A stretch of DNA of 39,585 bases, taken from the NCBI GenBank assembly GCA_964403735.1, contig CAYOHN010000002.1:1-39585 (forward strand), read 5' to 3'. Position 1 is the first letter of the stretch; each line of letters starts with the position of its first letter. Shown in pieces: positions 17,429 through 25,711 of this stretch. Both the position numbers and the translations under genes were made by a program. The notes below the pieces were generated by a model. It saw nothing but the letters and a program-made list of their open reading frames with translations. It did no database searches and was not told where the DNA came from. The DNA comes from an uncultured Spirochaetales bacterium (GTDB lineage Bacteria > Myxococcota_A > UBA9160 > PR03).

Positions 17429-18585
17429 TGCTGCTCGGGATCTTCATCGCGGTCGTGTTCGCGCTCTTCGTCTGGCTGGTCTTCTTCCAGTTCAAGTGGC
17501 TGAAGTGGAGCGTCGGATGGGCGATCGGGTCGTTTCTCGTGTTCGTCCACGTGATGCTGATCTTCGTGATCGGAATTCGCTTCGTCACGCCCGCTTCCAC
17601 TCAGGCCGTGGTCGTCCAGCACACGATCCAACTCGTTCCCCGCTTGTCCGAGCCGACGCGGGTGACGGCGGTGCTCGTCGAGCAGAACGTGCCCGTGAAG
17701 AAGGGCCAGCCGCTGTTCCTCTTCGACCGCCAGCAGTACGAATCCCAGGTGCGCCAACTCGAAGCGCAGCTCGCAGCGGCCGTGCAGAACGTCAAGGTGC
17801 TCGACTCGAACGTGACTCTGGCCGAGGCGAAGAAAGAGCGCGCCAAGGCGGATCTCGACTACCAGAACTACTGGGTGAAATCCCAGGAGGCGCTGGGCAA
17901 GAAGAACTTCATCGCCCAGAATCAGGTGGATCTGGCGATCAAGCAGCAGAAGCAGGCGCAGGCCGCCTACGACGAGAGCGTGGCCGCGTTGGCGGATGCA
18001 CGCATCAGGCAGCAGTCCGACATCGACGGCGTCAACACGTCGGTCGCCGAGCTGGAGGCCCAGCTCGAGCTCGCACGTTTCTACCTCGACAACACCACCA
18101 TGGTCGCACCCGAGGACGGACGTATCGTGAATTTGCAGGTCCGGCCCGGCATGGTCTCTGGCATCCTGCGCGTCGGCGCCATTGCCTCCTTCATCTGCGA
18201 TGAAGACCGCTACCTCCTCGCGTCGTACTTCCAGGAGAACCTCAAGTACGTCGAGGTGGGGCAGCCCGTGGAGGTGGCGCTCAATCTCTATCCGGGACAG
18301 ATCTTCTCGGGCAGGGTGGCGAGCGTCTGGAAGGCCAGTCGCCAGGGGCAGTACCTGCCCAGCGGATACGTCCCGAGATTCAACCCCGAGCCCGAGTTCG
18401 TCCCGCAGAACGAGTATGCGGTGGCGATCACCTTTGACGACGCCGATCAATCGAAGTTCACCATCGGCGCGAAGGGCGAGGCCGCCATCTACACCAACGG
18501 CATGAAGGGAAGCTGGGCCGCGCTGCGTCGCATCAGCATCCGCATCTACAGCTGGCTGAACTTCCTGTATCCGCTGAACGTGTGA
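17428..18585 (+). CDS. HlyD-family membrane-fusion/secretion protein (YiaV-like)
   Basis: 385-aa ORF with N-terminal TM segments, a long coiled-coil (QLEAQLAAAVQN..ELEAQLELARFYLDNTTMVAPEDGRIVNLQVRPG) and a beta-barrel C-terminal domain. Confidence 0.9.
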   Translation: MLLGIFIAVVFALFVWLVFFQFKWLKWSVGWAIGSFLVFVHVMLIFVIGIRFVTPASTQAVVVQHTIQLVPRLSEPTRVTAVLVEQNVPVKKGQPLFLFDRQQYESQVRQLEAQLAAAVQNVKVLDSNVTLAEAKKERAKADLDYQNYWVKSQEALGKKNFIAQNQVDLAIKQQKQAQAAYDESVAALADARIRQQSDIDGVNTSVAELEAQLELARFYLDNTTMVAPEDGRIVNLQVRPGMVSGILRVGAIASFICDEDRYLLASYFQENLKYVEVGQPVEVALNLYPGQIFSGRVASVWKASRQGQYLPSGYVPRFNPEPEFVPQNEYAVAITFDDADQSKFTIGAKGEAAIYTNGMKGSWAALRRISIRIYSWLNFLYPLNV

Positions 18586-18628
18586 CGCTCAGATCCCGCT
18601 TCGGCAGGAGATCCCCGCGCTGATCCCG

Positions 18629-18768
18629 TCAACCGACGGAAGGCCCGTAGACCCTCTTCTCCCTCTCGGCGGCGAACGCCAGCACTGCGCGAGTATCCTC
18701 TCGCTCCATCTCCGGAAGTCGCCGAGGATCTCGTCGTGGCTCATCCCGTTGGCGAGATGAGAGCGGGC
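18629..18768 (-). pseudogene. DUF433-type C-terminal remnant with 1-nt frameshift
   Basis: Reads ARSHLANGMSHDEILGDF, then, after one missing nt in ttc(c)cgg, PEMEREDTRAVLAFAAEREKRVYGPSVG*. This matches the DUF433 ending ..G.s.eeIl.dyP.lt.edI.aal.yAa. Confidence 0.45.
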
Positions 18769-18845
18769 GCGTGGGTGCGAGTCCGCGGGAGCCGCGGCGC
18801 AAGCAGAGGGCTGACGTCGCCCGCCTCTGGCTCGCGACGCGGCGC

Positions 18846-19070
18846 ATGAGGCGCCTTGCGGTCGTGGCTGCGCCTGCGGCGGCCGAGGTCAAGTCCCCGT
18901 TCGCGACCGAGGGGACCAGCGTGGATGACACTTTCGCAGCGTTCTTCGACGGAGCGGAGCGCGTGGAGGGGGCTCTCGTCTTCGACGAGACCGTCATCGA
19001 CAAGGATCTCGACCCGAACGCCGGCAACTATCCCGGCGCGCTGGTCTCGCTCACCGCTACGGTCGAGGTG
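18846..19070 (+). pseudogene. N-terminal fragment of a secreted protein
   Basis: MRRLAVVAAPAAAEVKSPFATEGTSVDDTFAAFFDGAERVEGALVFDETVIDKDLDPNAGNYPGALVSLTATVEV. Coding-like GC3 stops where the antisense AKR remnant begins. Confidence 0.3.
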
Positions 19071-19281
19071 TCGAGGAACAGGCCGGGCTGCGCCAACACG
19101 AAGTGCACGGCGCGGCGGATGGCGTCGGGATCGCGCAGTGGTTCGTACCAGATGAAGGCGCGCTCGGGCGGTCCGTGCCAGCGTCGGCGCGCTCCTGGTG
19201 CATGGCGCCGAGCGCCGCAGCGCCGAACAGGACGCGCGTGCTCGCGTGGCCGGTGCTGCCGAAGGGTGAGGTCTCGATCAT
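19064..19281 (-). pseudogene. aldo/keto reductase remnant (N-terminal 35 aa joined out of frame to a C-terminal piece)
   Basis: ATG 19281 (GAGGAGGG upstream) gives MIETSPFGSTGHASTRVLFGAAALGAMHQERADA. A second frame gives ERAFIWYEPLRDPDAIRRAVHFVLAQPGLFLDTS. The about 200-aa TIM-barrel core is absent. Confidence 0.5.
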
Positions 19282-19486
19282 GGACCCTCCTCGGACGAAC
19301 GCTACCACGGCCGCCTCGGCCGGCCCGAGCCGCTGGCGCGGCGCACGGCTCCGAAGCACCCGGTGGATGTCCTCCGCGCCCAGAAAGGCCGGCGGATGCC
19401 GCCACTGCGGGTGGTGGGCACGCAGGCAACCCGCGCGGCGCGTCATGCCGATGTCCCCGAGATCGACGATGCGCCGAAGCGCGCGA

Positions 19487-19912
19487 TCAGCCTCGCGGCA
19501 GCGTGACCACGACGGTGCCGGTCGCGTGGTCGCCGAGATCGTTGGCGGCGCGCACCGCGACGTCGATCACGCGCTCGTCGCCATCATCGCGGACGGCGCT
19601 CACCCGGCCGGTGAAGCGCAGCGGCTGGCCGGGGATCGCTGGCCCGCCGAGGCGGACCTCGATCCGGCGCACCATCGCCTCGGGGCCGGCCCAGTCGGTG
19701 ACGAAGCGCGAGACGTAGCCGTTGGTGGTGAGGATGTTCATGAACAGGTGCGGCGCGCCCTGGCGGCGCGCGTACTCGGCGTCGTGGTGGACCGGCATGA
19801 AGTCCCGCGACGCGATCGCACCGGCCACGATCACCGTGGCCGTGACATCCAGGTCGAAGCGCGGCAACTCGTCGCCGACGGCGACGTCAGCCGGCGCTCT
19901 CGCAGCGCTCAT
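19487..19912 (-). CDS. MaoC-like (R)-specific hydratase/dehydratase, hotdog fold
   Basis: ATG 19912 overlaps the upstream stop (ATGA 19909-19912). MSAARAPADVAVGDELPRFDLDVTATVIVAGAIASRDFMPVHHDAEYARRQGAPHLFMNILTTNGY. Confidence 0.85.
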   Translation of the reverse strand: MSAARAPADVAVGDELPRFDLDVTATVIVAGAIASRDFMPVHHDAEYARRQGAPHLFMNILTTNGYVSRFVTDWAGPEAMVRRIEVRLGGPAIPGQPLRFTGRVSAVRDDGDERVIDVAVRAANDLGDHATGTVVVTLPRG

Positions 19913-20517
19913 CGGGGCGCTCCGAGGCGGCTCGAATCGATCGTCGACGGGTCGAACTTGAGGATCCGGAAGACTTGGCGACCGACGACTTCGCCCGCCT
20001 CGGTCCGGTATGTGGTCACCCACGTCACGAAGTAGCCGAGCCCGAGCCCCGTCCGCTTGCGCGGCGAGATCGACTCGACCTCGTTCGACGCGTGCAGCAG
20101 ATCCCCCGGCCGCAGGTAGCGGAAGAATTCGAGCTCGGAGTTCGTCGCGAGGGTGCCCACGTAGCCGGCTTCGTCGAGCACGGGAATCGGGTTGTCGCTC
20201 GTCATCTCGGTGGGCGCGCCGCCGCGTTCCGCGATGCCCTCGAGTTTCGGCCGCGGCATCGTCCACGCCTGCAGCATGGCGGGCGGCGCGACGATCCCGC
20301 CGAAGCGCGTCTGCCGCGCGGCCGCCTCGTCGAGATACACCGGATTGCGGTCGTCGAGCGCGTCGACCCAGTGACGGATCATCGGCACGTTCACCGGGTC
20401 GGGCGCGACCGAAGCAGGCCCCATCGGCCGGCCGACGTACTGCTCGAGCCGCTCGCGCAAGGGATCACCGACATCGTCCGCCGGCGTTCCTGCTCGTTCC
20501 TCCGCCTGCTCGCTCAA
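19909..20517 (-). CDS. FAS1-like/MaoC N-terminal-type dehydratase subunit (HadA/HadB-like partner)
   Basis: ORF 19909-20778. Proposed TTG 20517 start (GGAGG 4 nt upstream; alternative ATG 20577). LEQYVGRPMGPASVAPDPVNVPMIRHWVDALDDRNPVYLDEAAAR.. Confidence 0.75.
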   Translation of the reverse strand: MSEQAEERAGTPADDVGDPLRERLEQYVGRPMGPASVAPDPVNVPMIRHWVDALDDRNPVYLDEAAARQTRFGGIVAPPAMLQAWTMPRPKLEGIAERGGAPTEMTSDNPIPVLDEAGYVGTLATNSELEFFRYLRPGDLLHASNEVESISPRKRTGLGLGYFVTWVTTYRTEAGEVVGRQVFRILKFDPSTIDSSRLGAPR

Positions 20518-20948
20518 CGCGCCTCCGTGTCGCTTCCCGGTGCCGCCCCGCTCGCGGCCGCGGCGGCCGGCGAACATACGAGATCCCGGAGCGCGCATCA
20601 TCGCCGATCGCGGCGAGCGCACTCCACTCCTCGGGCGTTGCGAACCGGCTCCTCTACACCGTCGCCGACGCCCCCGCGGCGGACCGGCCGCGAGCCCGTC
20701 TGGGCTCCCGTTCCCGGAGGAGACAGTCCGCACGGATTGTGTCCCGCGGGTCCGAGCGGGTCCGAAGAAGGATCCCACGTCCAGAGGTCAGAGGCTCCGC
20801 ATGGCTCTCTTGCGCAGCGCGACGCGATTCTCGGATGGGCAGCGCCTCGCGGTGCTGTCCATCCGACGGCGGCGCGGCAAAGGCGCCGCTGCGTTCTCCC
20901 GCATGTCTCCCGCAAGCCCGACACCTACGACCGCCACCGTTCCGCCGT

Positions 20949-22385
20949 TCATACGGTCATGGAGAAGCGGGGCCGCGCGTCGCCGACTCCGGCCCCCCCG
21001 CCCGGCAGGTACGCATCCAGCTCCATGCACAGGTTCCGCAGGAACCAACGCCCCAGCCCGGTGACGATGAAGCGATCATGCCTCGCTTCCAGCAGCCCGT
21101 CCTCGGCATGGGCCGCGAGGGCCTCGCGGGCCCCATCGAGCGCAGGCAGCACTCCGACCGGGGTCACGCGCTCTCCCAGCAGCGCATAAGGAAGCTCGAG
21201 GTTCGACAGCAGGTGGTGAATGGCCTCCCGTCGCCTCCGGTCTTCGGCCGTCAGCCAGTGCCCGCGCACCACCGGGAGCTTTCCTGCGTCGATGGCCCGC
21301 TGCCACCCTCCGAGCTTCGGATCGGACTGGATCTGGGCCCCTCCCACCTCGCCGATGGCCGAGCACCCGAAGGCCACGAGATGGGGCGCCGCGCGCTCGA
21401 CGTAACCCATGAAGTTCCGATGCAGGCGGCGTTCGCGAAGCGCCACCGCGAGTTCGTCGGTCTCGAGCGCGAAATGATCCATGCCGATCCACGTCCAGCC
21501 GCTGCCCTCGAGCCGGCGCACCGCCTGCCGGAAGAGGGCGAACTTCTCCCAAGACGTCTCCGGCAGGCCCCGCGTGTCGACCTGCTTCTGGTTCGGACGA
21601 AGGTGCGGAAGGTGGGCGTACGAAAAGCACGAGAGCCGGTCGGGCCGGAGTTCGATGACCGTGTCGAGCGTGCGGTCGAGCATCTCCGGGGTCTGGTACG
21701 GGAGCCCGTAAACGAGGTCCAGGTTCACGCTGGCAAACCCGGCCTCGCGGGCCGCGTGAAAGATCTCGCGGGTGAGCGCCTCCGGCTGGATGCGACCGAT
21801 GGCTGTCTGGACCTTCGGGTTCAGATCCTGCAGGCCCAGGCTGATCCGAGTGAAGCCCAATGCGGCCAGGAAACGAACCTGTTCCGGCGTCGCGATCCGG
21901 GGGTCGATCTCGATGGAACGATCCCGCCCCTCTGGGAGGATGAAGGCGCGCTCGAGCAGGTTCACGAGCCGTTCGAGCTGGGCCTCGTCGAGGAAGTTCG
22001 GGGTCCCGCCGCCGAGGTGGAGTTCGAGGGCCGCGCGTTCCCGGCCGAGCACTTCGACCACGGCCGCGACCTCCCTCTCCACCCGGTCGAGGTAGGTGTC
22101 CACTACCTCGCCTCGCCGGGTGACCGTCGCATTGCAGCCGCAGTAAAAGCAGCGCTCCGCGCAGAACGGCAGGTGCACGTAGAGGGCCACGGGAGTCTCT
22201 GCGTCGTCGGCTGCCCGACGGAGCGCTCGCCGGTAGTCCTCCTCGCCGAACTTCCCGCTCCAGAAGGGAATGGGCGGGTAGCTCGTGTACCGAGGCCCGG
22301 ACCGGTTGTAGTGCTCGACCGTCTGGGGGGTGGGCTCCTGCCCGTTGGAAAGACCAACCATCGGAAGGGGTGTACCTCTGTTCAT
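20949..22385 (-). CDS. hemN: oxygen-independent coproporphyrinogen III oxidase-type radical SAM enzyme (HemN)
   Basis: 478-aa ORF with YTSYPPIPFW, LYVHLPFCAERCFYCGCN, GGGTPNFL, RNFMGY and a HemN_C-like tail. ATG 22385 overlaps the upstream stop (ATGA 22382-22385). Alternative start is ATG 22361. Confidence 0.9.
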   Translation of the reverse strand: MNRGTPLPMVGLSNGQEPTPQTVEHYNRSGPRYTSYPPIPFWSGKFGEEDYRRALRRAADDAETPVALYVHLPFCAERCFYCGCNATVTRRGEVVDTYLDRVEREVAAVVEVLGRERAALELHLGGGTPNFLDEAQLERLVNLLERAFILPEGRDRSIEIDPRIATPEQVRFLAALGFTRISLGLQDLNPKVQTAIGRIQPEALTREIFHAAREAGFASVNLDLVYGLPYQTPEMLDRTLDTVIELRPDRLSCFSYAHLPHLRPNQKQVDTRGLPETSWEKFALFRQAVRRLEGSGWTWIGMDHFALETDELAVALRERRLHRNFMGYVERAAPHLVAFGCSAIGEVGGAQIQSDPKLGGWQRAIDAGKLPVVRGHWLTAEDRRRREAIHHLLSNLELPYALLGERVTPVGVLPALDGAREALAAHAEDGLLEARHDRFIVTGLGRWFLRNLCMELDAYLPGGGAGVGDARPRFSMTV

Positions 22386-23080
22386 CGAAGGGGTCCGGGG
22401 TTCGAGCCGGGGAGTGAGCCGGGCACCGCCCCGACTCTCCCGCGGCGGTTCGGGCGCAGCAGGCTGAACTCGGCACCTTCGCGTCGGGAAAGCCTCGACG
22501 CGGGCGCCTCACCCAGTGCGACGTCGCGGGAGACGAGTGCCCGAAGAAGTGTCTCCAGAGCGCCGTGGTAGTAGGCGTGGAGCGGACCGGTGGATGGAAG
22601 CTGGCGCGCCGGAGAGCCCAGTCGAAGGGTGAGGCGCACGTCGGGCTTCGTGCGGAATTCGAAGGCGCCGCTCCCGGCGAAGGTCCAGGCATGGCGCGCG
22701 ATCGCCTCGAGCACCAACCGGATCCGCACCCGGGGCGGGAGGCCCCGGACCAGGAGCTTCGCGGCGCCGGGGATCCGATGCCGGAGGACGTACGCACCCG
22801 TTCGCACGCCGGCTTCGTGGAGGACGGCGTGGGCGACCGCGTCCGGGAGCACCTCGACGAGGCAGGTCACGAGCGCCAGGAACTCTCGCTCCGGCTGCAT
22901 GCCGCAGGGTTCGACGTCGAGGAGCGATTCGAACCCGGCGAGTCGCAGGATCCGGCGAGCCTCGGGCTCGCCCAGCCTTTTCTCGAGGGCCCGTGCTGTC
23001 TGGATCATTGCGTTCGGTCCAATGAGCGCCTCGTCGAGCGCGCCCCGCGGCGAATCCATGTACCCGGCCGGGCCGATCAT
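22382..23080 (-). CDS. bchJ: BchJ-like (V4R domain, bacteriochlorophyll 4-vinyl reductase family) protein
   Basis: ATG 23080 overlaps the rrf2 stop (ATGA 23077-23080). Motifs ALIGPNAMIQ, LRHRIPGAAK and EAIARHAWTFAGSGAFEF match the BchJ signature as I remember it. Confidence 0.75.
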   Translation of the reverse strand: MIGPAGYMDSPRGALDEALIGPNAMIQTARALEKRLGEPEARRILRLAGFESLLDVEPCGMQPEREFLALVTCLVEVLPDAVAHAVLHEAGVRTGAYVLRHRIPGAAKLLVRGLPPRVRIRLVLEAIARHAWTFAGSGAFEFRTKPDVRLTLRLGSPARQLPSTGPLHAYYHGALETLLRALVSRDVALGEAPASRLSRREGAEFSLLRPNRRGRVGAVPGSLPGSNPGPLR

Positions 23081-23580
23081 GCGTCCCCGCGTCCGGCCGC
23101 GTGGGCGGCCTGCCCCCATGGAAGCAAGGTGGAGGCGGCCCGACGGAACCCGTCTCGCTCACGTGCTCGCTTGACCGAGAGCGCCCTGGCCATGTCCTCC
23201 ACCGTGGTGCGCTTCAAGTACGTCCGCATCCCCTCGCGAATCGGCTTCCAGGCGTCGTGCAGGGGGCAGGGAACGGCGTCGGAACATCGTCCGAGTCCGG
23301 CCGCACACGCTTCCAGCGCCCCGAGTCCATCGATCGCCACCACGATGTCGTGGAGCGAGATCGCGCATGCGTCTCGGGCCAGCATGTACCCGCCCGACGG
23401 ACCCCGGGTGGACTCCAGCAGACCGGCCGCGACCAGTCTCGGGAGCAACGCCGACAGGAAGGGCCCGGGGATCGCCTCGCGCTTCGAGACATCACGCATC
23501 TTGACGGGGGTCCCCGGGCCCGCCGACGCGAGGTGCGCCGCGGCCCGGATCGCGTACGTGCAGGCGGCCGAGTGCATCAT
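23077..23580 (-). CDS. Rrf2-family transcriptional regulator with three-Cys Fe-S ligand motif
   Basis: MMHSAACTYAIRAAAHLAS..VKMRDVSKREAIPGPFLSALLPRLVAAGLLESTRGPSGGYMLAR, then CAAGLGRCSDAVPCPLH. Starts 15 nt after the bchE-like stop. Confidence 0.9.
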   Translation of the reverse strand: MMHSAACTYAIRAAAHLASAGPGTPVKMRDVSKREAIPGPFLSALLPRLVAAGLLESTRGPSGGYMLARDACAISLHDIVVAIDGLGALEACAAGLGRCSDAVPCPLHDAWKPIREGMRTYLKRTTVEDMARALSVKRARERDGFRRAASTLLPWGQAAHAAGRGDA

Positions 23581-23595
23581 GGTTCGTCGACCCCC

Positions 23596-25260
23596 TCAGC
23601 TCCTCGCGGACGGAGCGTCCGCCTCTGCCTCCGCGCCGCTCTCGAGGGCGGCTTCCAGCGGAAGGGCCGGCAGCGATCCCGACCCGCAGGCCAGCATCTC
23701 GTGCTGCGAAGGCCGCTTCCTGCGCTCGCCGTGCACCCGCTGGATCTGGACCAGCTCGCCCTGCTGTCGCTGCCGGATCAGCTCGTCCTTCGTCAGCACC
23801 TTCGACTCGTCGAAGTCCCAGTTCACCTTCGACTGGCCCCAGTAGTGGATCCGACCCAGGTCGTAGAAGCGCCGCTCCATGGAGCTCTTCAGGAACGCCT
23901 TCAGGCAGCCCCGCAGATATTTCCTCCGGAAGGGATCCCGGTCCCACAGGTAGCCCCCGAACGCCTTCTTCGTGTAGTAGCGCCGGTAGTTCTTGAGGAC
24001 GCCGGCCAGCACCTCCTCGCGGGTCATCGTGTCCGGTTGGAGGATCGGGGTCACGAAGTTGTATTTCGCGTAGTCCCGCACCTCGACCTTGTCGCCCAGT
24101 TCCTCGAACAGGTCGGCGAAGGGCCAGGGCGTGTAGCAGTTCCAGTTCACGAGGTCGGCGTTCCAGTCCCGCGCCATGTTGTACGTCTCCTCGAGGGTCT
24201 CCGGAGTCTCGTTCTCCATGCCCACGATGAACTGCGCCTCGACCACGATCCCGTTCTGCCTCAACAAATCGATGGCCTTCTTGCTCTGCTCGAGCCGGAT
24301 CTCCTTGTTGAAGCGGTCGAGGTTCAGCTGCGCCGCCGCCTCGGTGCCCAGCGAAACGTGCACGAGGCCGGCCCGCCGATACAGGGGCAACAGCTCCTCG
24401 TCACGCAGGATGTCGGTCACCCGGGTATTGATGCCCCACTTGACCGGCAGCTTCCTGCGCTCGAGTTCCTCGCACATGGCGACGAACTTCTTGCGGTGGA
24501 TCGTGGGCTCCTCGTCGGCCAGGATGAAGAATCCCACCTGGTGGTCCCGCACGAGTTCCTCGATCTCGTCGACGAACTTCTTCGGGTCCCGGGTCCGGTA
24601 GGTCCGCCAGAACTTCCACTGCGAGCAGAAGGAGCAGGTGAAGGGGCACCCCCGGGCGAAGTTCGGGACGGCGACCCGGCAGTTCAGCGGGATGTAGATG
24701 TACTTGGACCAATCCAGGATCCCCCAGTCCGGCTTCAGCGCGTCCAGGTCCTGGATCGGCGGATGCGCGGGGGTGGCCACCACCCGGTCCTCGTCGAGGA
24801 AGGCGAGCCCCTTGATCGAGTGTCGCGCCTCCGGGTAGTTTCCCGCCTTCAGCGCGCGCACCAGGTTCGTGACGATGTGCTCCCCCTCGCCCCGCACGAT
24901 GACGTCGATCCAGGGCGCCTCCGCGAGCACCTGCTGGTACATGAAGGTCCCGTGGATGCCGCCGAGCACGGTGAGGGTGTCGGGGAAGAGTTCCCGGACG
25001 AGCCGGAGCGTGTCCTGCGCCTTGTAGATCGCCGGGGTGATGGCCGTGGCCAGGACCAGGTCCGGCGCGGGTCCGGAACGGAGGAGGGCGGCGAGGGCGT
25101 CGTCCTCGATCCGGTCGGTCATGGCGTCGATGAAAGTGATGTCGTCGACGCCCGCCGCCCGGATCGCGCCGCTCAGGTAGGCCGCCCACGCCGGAGGCCA
25201 GGTGCCGGCGATCTCGGCGCCGCCGGAGTGATAGTTGGGGTGGATCATGACGATGCGCAT
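23596..25260 (-). CDS. bchE: B12-binding (class B) radical SAM enzyme, BchE-like anaerobic Mg-protoporphyrin IX monomethyl ester cyclase
   Basis: ATG 25260 (GAGGAGAGAGG upstream) inside ORF 23596-25347. [62 protein letters not shown]. 554 aa with a C-terminal tail of about 50 aa. Confidence 0.85.
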   Translation of the reverse strand: MRIVMIHPNYHSGGAEIAGTWPPAWAAYLSGAIRAAGVDDITFIDAMTDRIEDDALAALLRSGPAPDLVLATAITPAIYKAQDTLRLVRELFPDTLTVLGGIHGTFMYQQVLAEAPWIDVIVRGEGEHIVTNLVRALKAGNYPEARHSIKGLAFLDEDRVVATPAHPPIQDLDALKPDWGILDWSKYIYIPLNCRVAVPNFARGCPFTCSFCSQWKFWRTYRTRDPKKFVDEIEELVRDHQVGFFILADEEPTIHRKKFVAMCEELERRKLPVKWGINTRVTDILRDEELLPLYRRAGLVHVSLGTEAAAQLNLDRFNKEIRLEQSKKAIDLLRQNGIVVEAQFIVGMENETPETLEETYNMARDWNADLVNWNCYTPWPFADLFEELGDKVEVRDYAKYNFVTPILQPDTMTREEVLAGVLKNYRRYYTKKAFGGYLWDRDPFRRKYLRGCLKAFLKSSMERRFYDLGRIHYWGQSKVNWDFDESKVLTKDELIRQRQQGELVQIQRVHGERRKRPSQHEMLACGSGSLPALPLEAALESGAEAEADAPSARS

Positions 25261-25328
25261 GGGGCCGGACCTCTCTCCTCGGGTGGACGTCATGCCGACA
25301 GGCCCCCTCCAGGGCCATGGGTGACTGT

Positions 25329-25357
25329 AAATTATTTTGGTCATCACTATGTGTCAA
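25329..25357 (-). promoter_or_regulatory. sigma70-like promoter for the bchE-like operon
   Basis: Minus strand reads TTGACA (25357-25352), 17 nt, TAATTT (25334-25329); AATAAT and ATAATT registers are also possible. It lies in a ~50-bp AT-rich island about 70 nt upstream of ATG 25260, bracketed by the inverted repeat ctgtaaat (25325-25332) / atttacag (25363-25370). Confidence 0.5.
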
Positions 25358-25445
25358 GTAATATTTACAGACATTTCGCTCGGGATTGGTGGCGCAGCGG
25401 TTTTCTGGCACGTCCACCGCGCGCTCGAACGAGGGGCACGGAGCC

Positions 25446-25541
25446 CCGGGAAGCGATCGCTCCTGCTGCGATCACCGTGGACGTGAGGTCCAGATCGATG
25501 CGCGGGGGCTCGTGACCACGAGATCGCGGAGCGCGATTCAT
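25446..25541 (-). pseudogene. N-terminal fragment paralogous to the MaoC dehydratase gene at 19487-19912
   Basis: ATG 25541 gives MNRAPRSRGHEPPRIDLDLTSTVIAAGAIASR, versus MSAARAPADVAVGDELPRFDLDVTATVIVAGAIASR. Similarity ends after about 32 codons. Confidence 0.45.
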
Positions 25542-25634
25542 CGCCGATCGCGGCGGCTTCGAGGAGGTCGTGGTCTACGAGAAGGGCGACCGCGTGGGCG
25601 GCACTCGGCGCGAGAACGCCGCTCGTGGCATCGC
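25541..25634 (+). pseudogene. fragment paralogous to the monooxygenase gene at 34889-36391
   Basis: [32 protein letters not shown], versus [35 protein letters not shown]. It abuts the MaoC fragment head to head with no spacer. Confidence 0.45.
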
Positions 25635-25678
25635 GAGCCCTTCCCCGCGAGCGCGGAGCGCAGGCCTGTTTTGCCAAT

Positions 25679-25711
25679 CCATAGTATGAATGATAATCAT
25701 TCATGCTATGG
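25679..25711. repeat. 33-bp AT-rich palindrome overlapping the ATPase start codons
   Basis: ccatagtatgaatgat-a-atcattcatgctatgg has 16-nt arms with a single mismatch. The inner 9+1+9 (atgaatgat a atcattcat) is perfect. It contains ATG 25690 and ATG 25708. Confidence 0.85.

Noticed and set aside
20949-25260. Concluding that the organism is a phototroph from bchE/bchJ-like genes
   Set aside because: No reaction-centre, light-harvesting or other bch genes are visible in the window, and BchE-like class-B radical SAM enzymes occur outside phototrophs. This is kept as a hypothesis only.
20010-25515. Very long plus-strand ORFs (853 aa at 20010-22571; 804 aa at 23101-25515)
   Set aside because: They are antisense shadows of hemN, bchJ-like, rrf2 and bchE-like genes, with Arg/Pro/Gly-dominated composition and no motifs. 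The same reasoning applies to 11526-12887(-), 17227-18450(-), 25354-27099(-), 32125-33555(-), 33459-34430(-) and 34589-36517(-).
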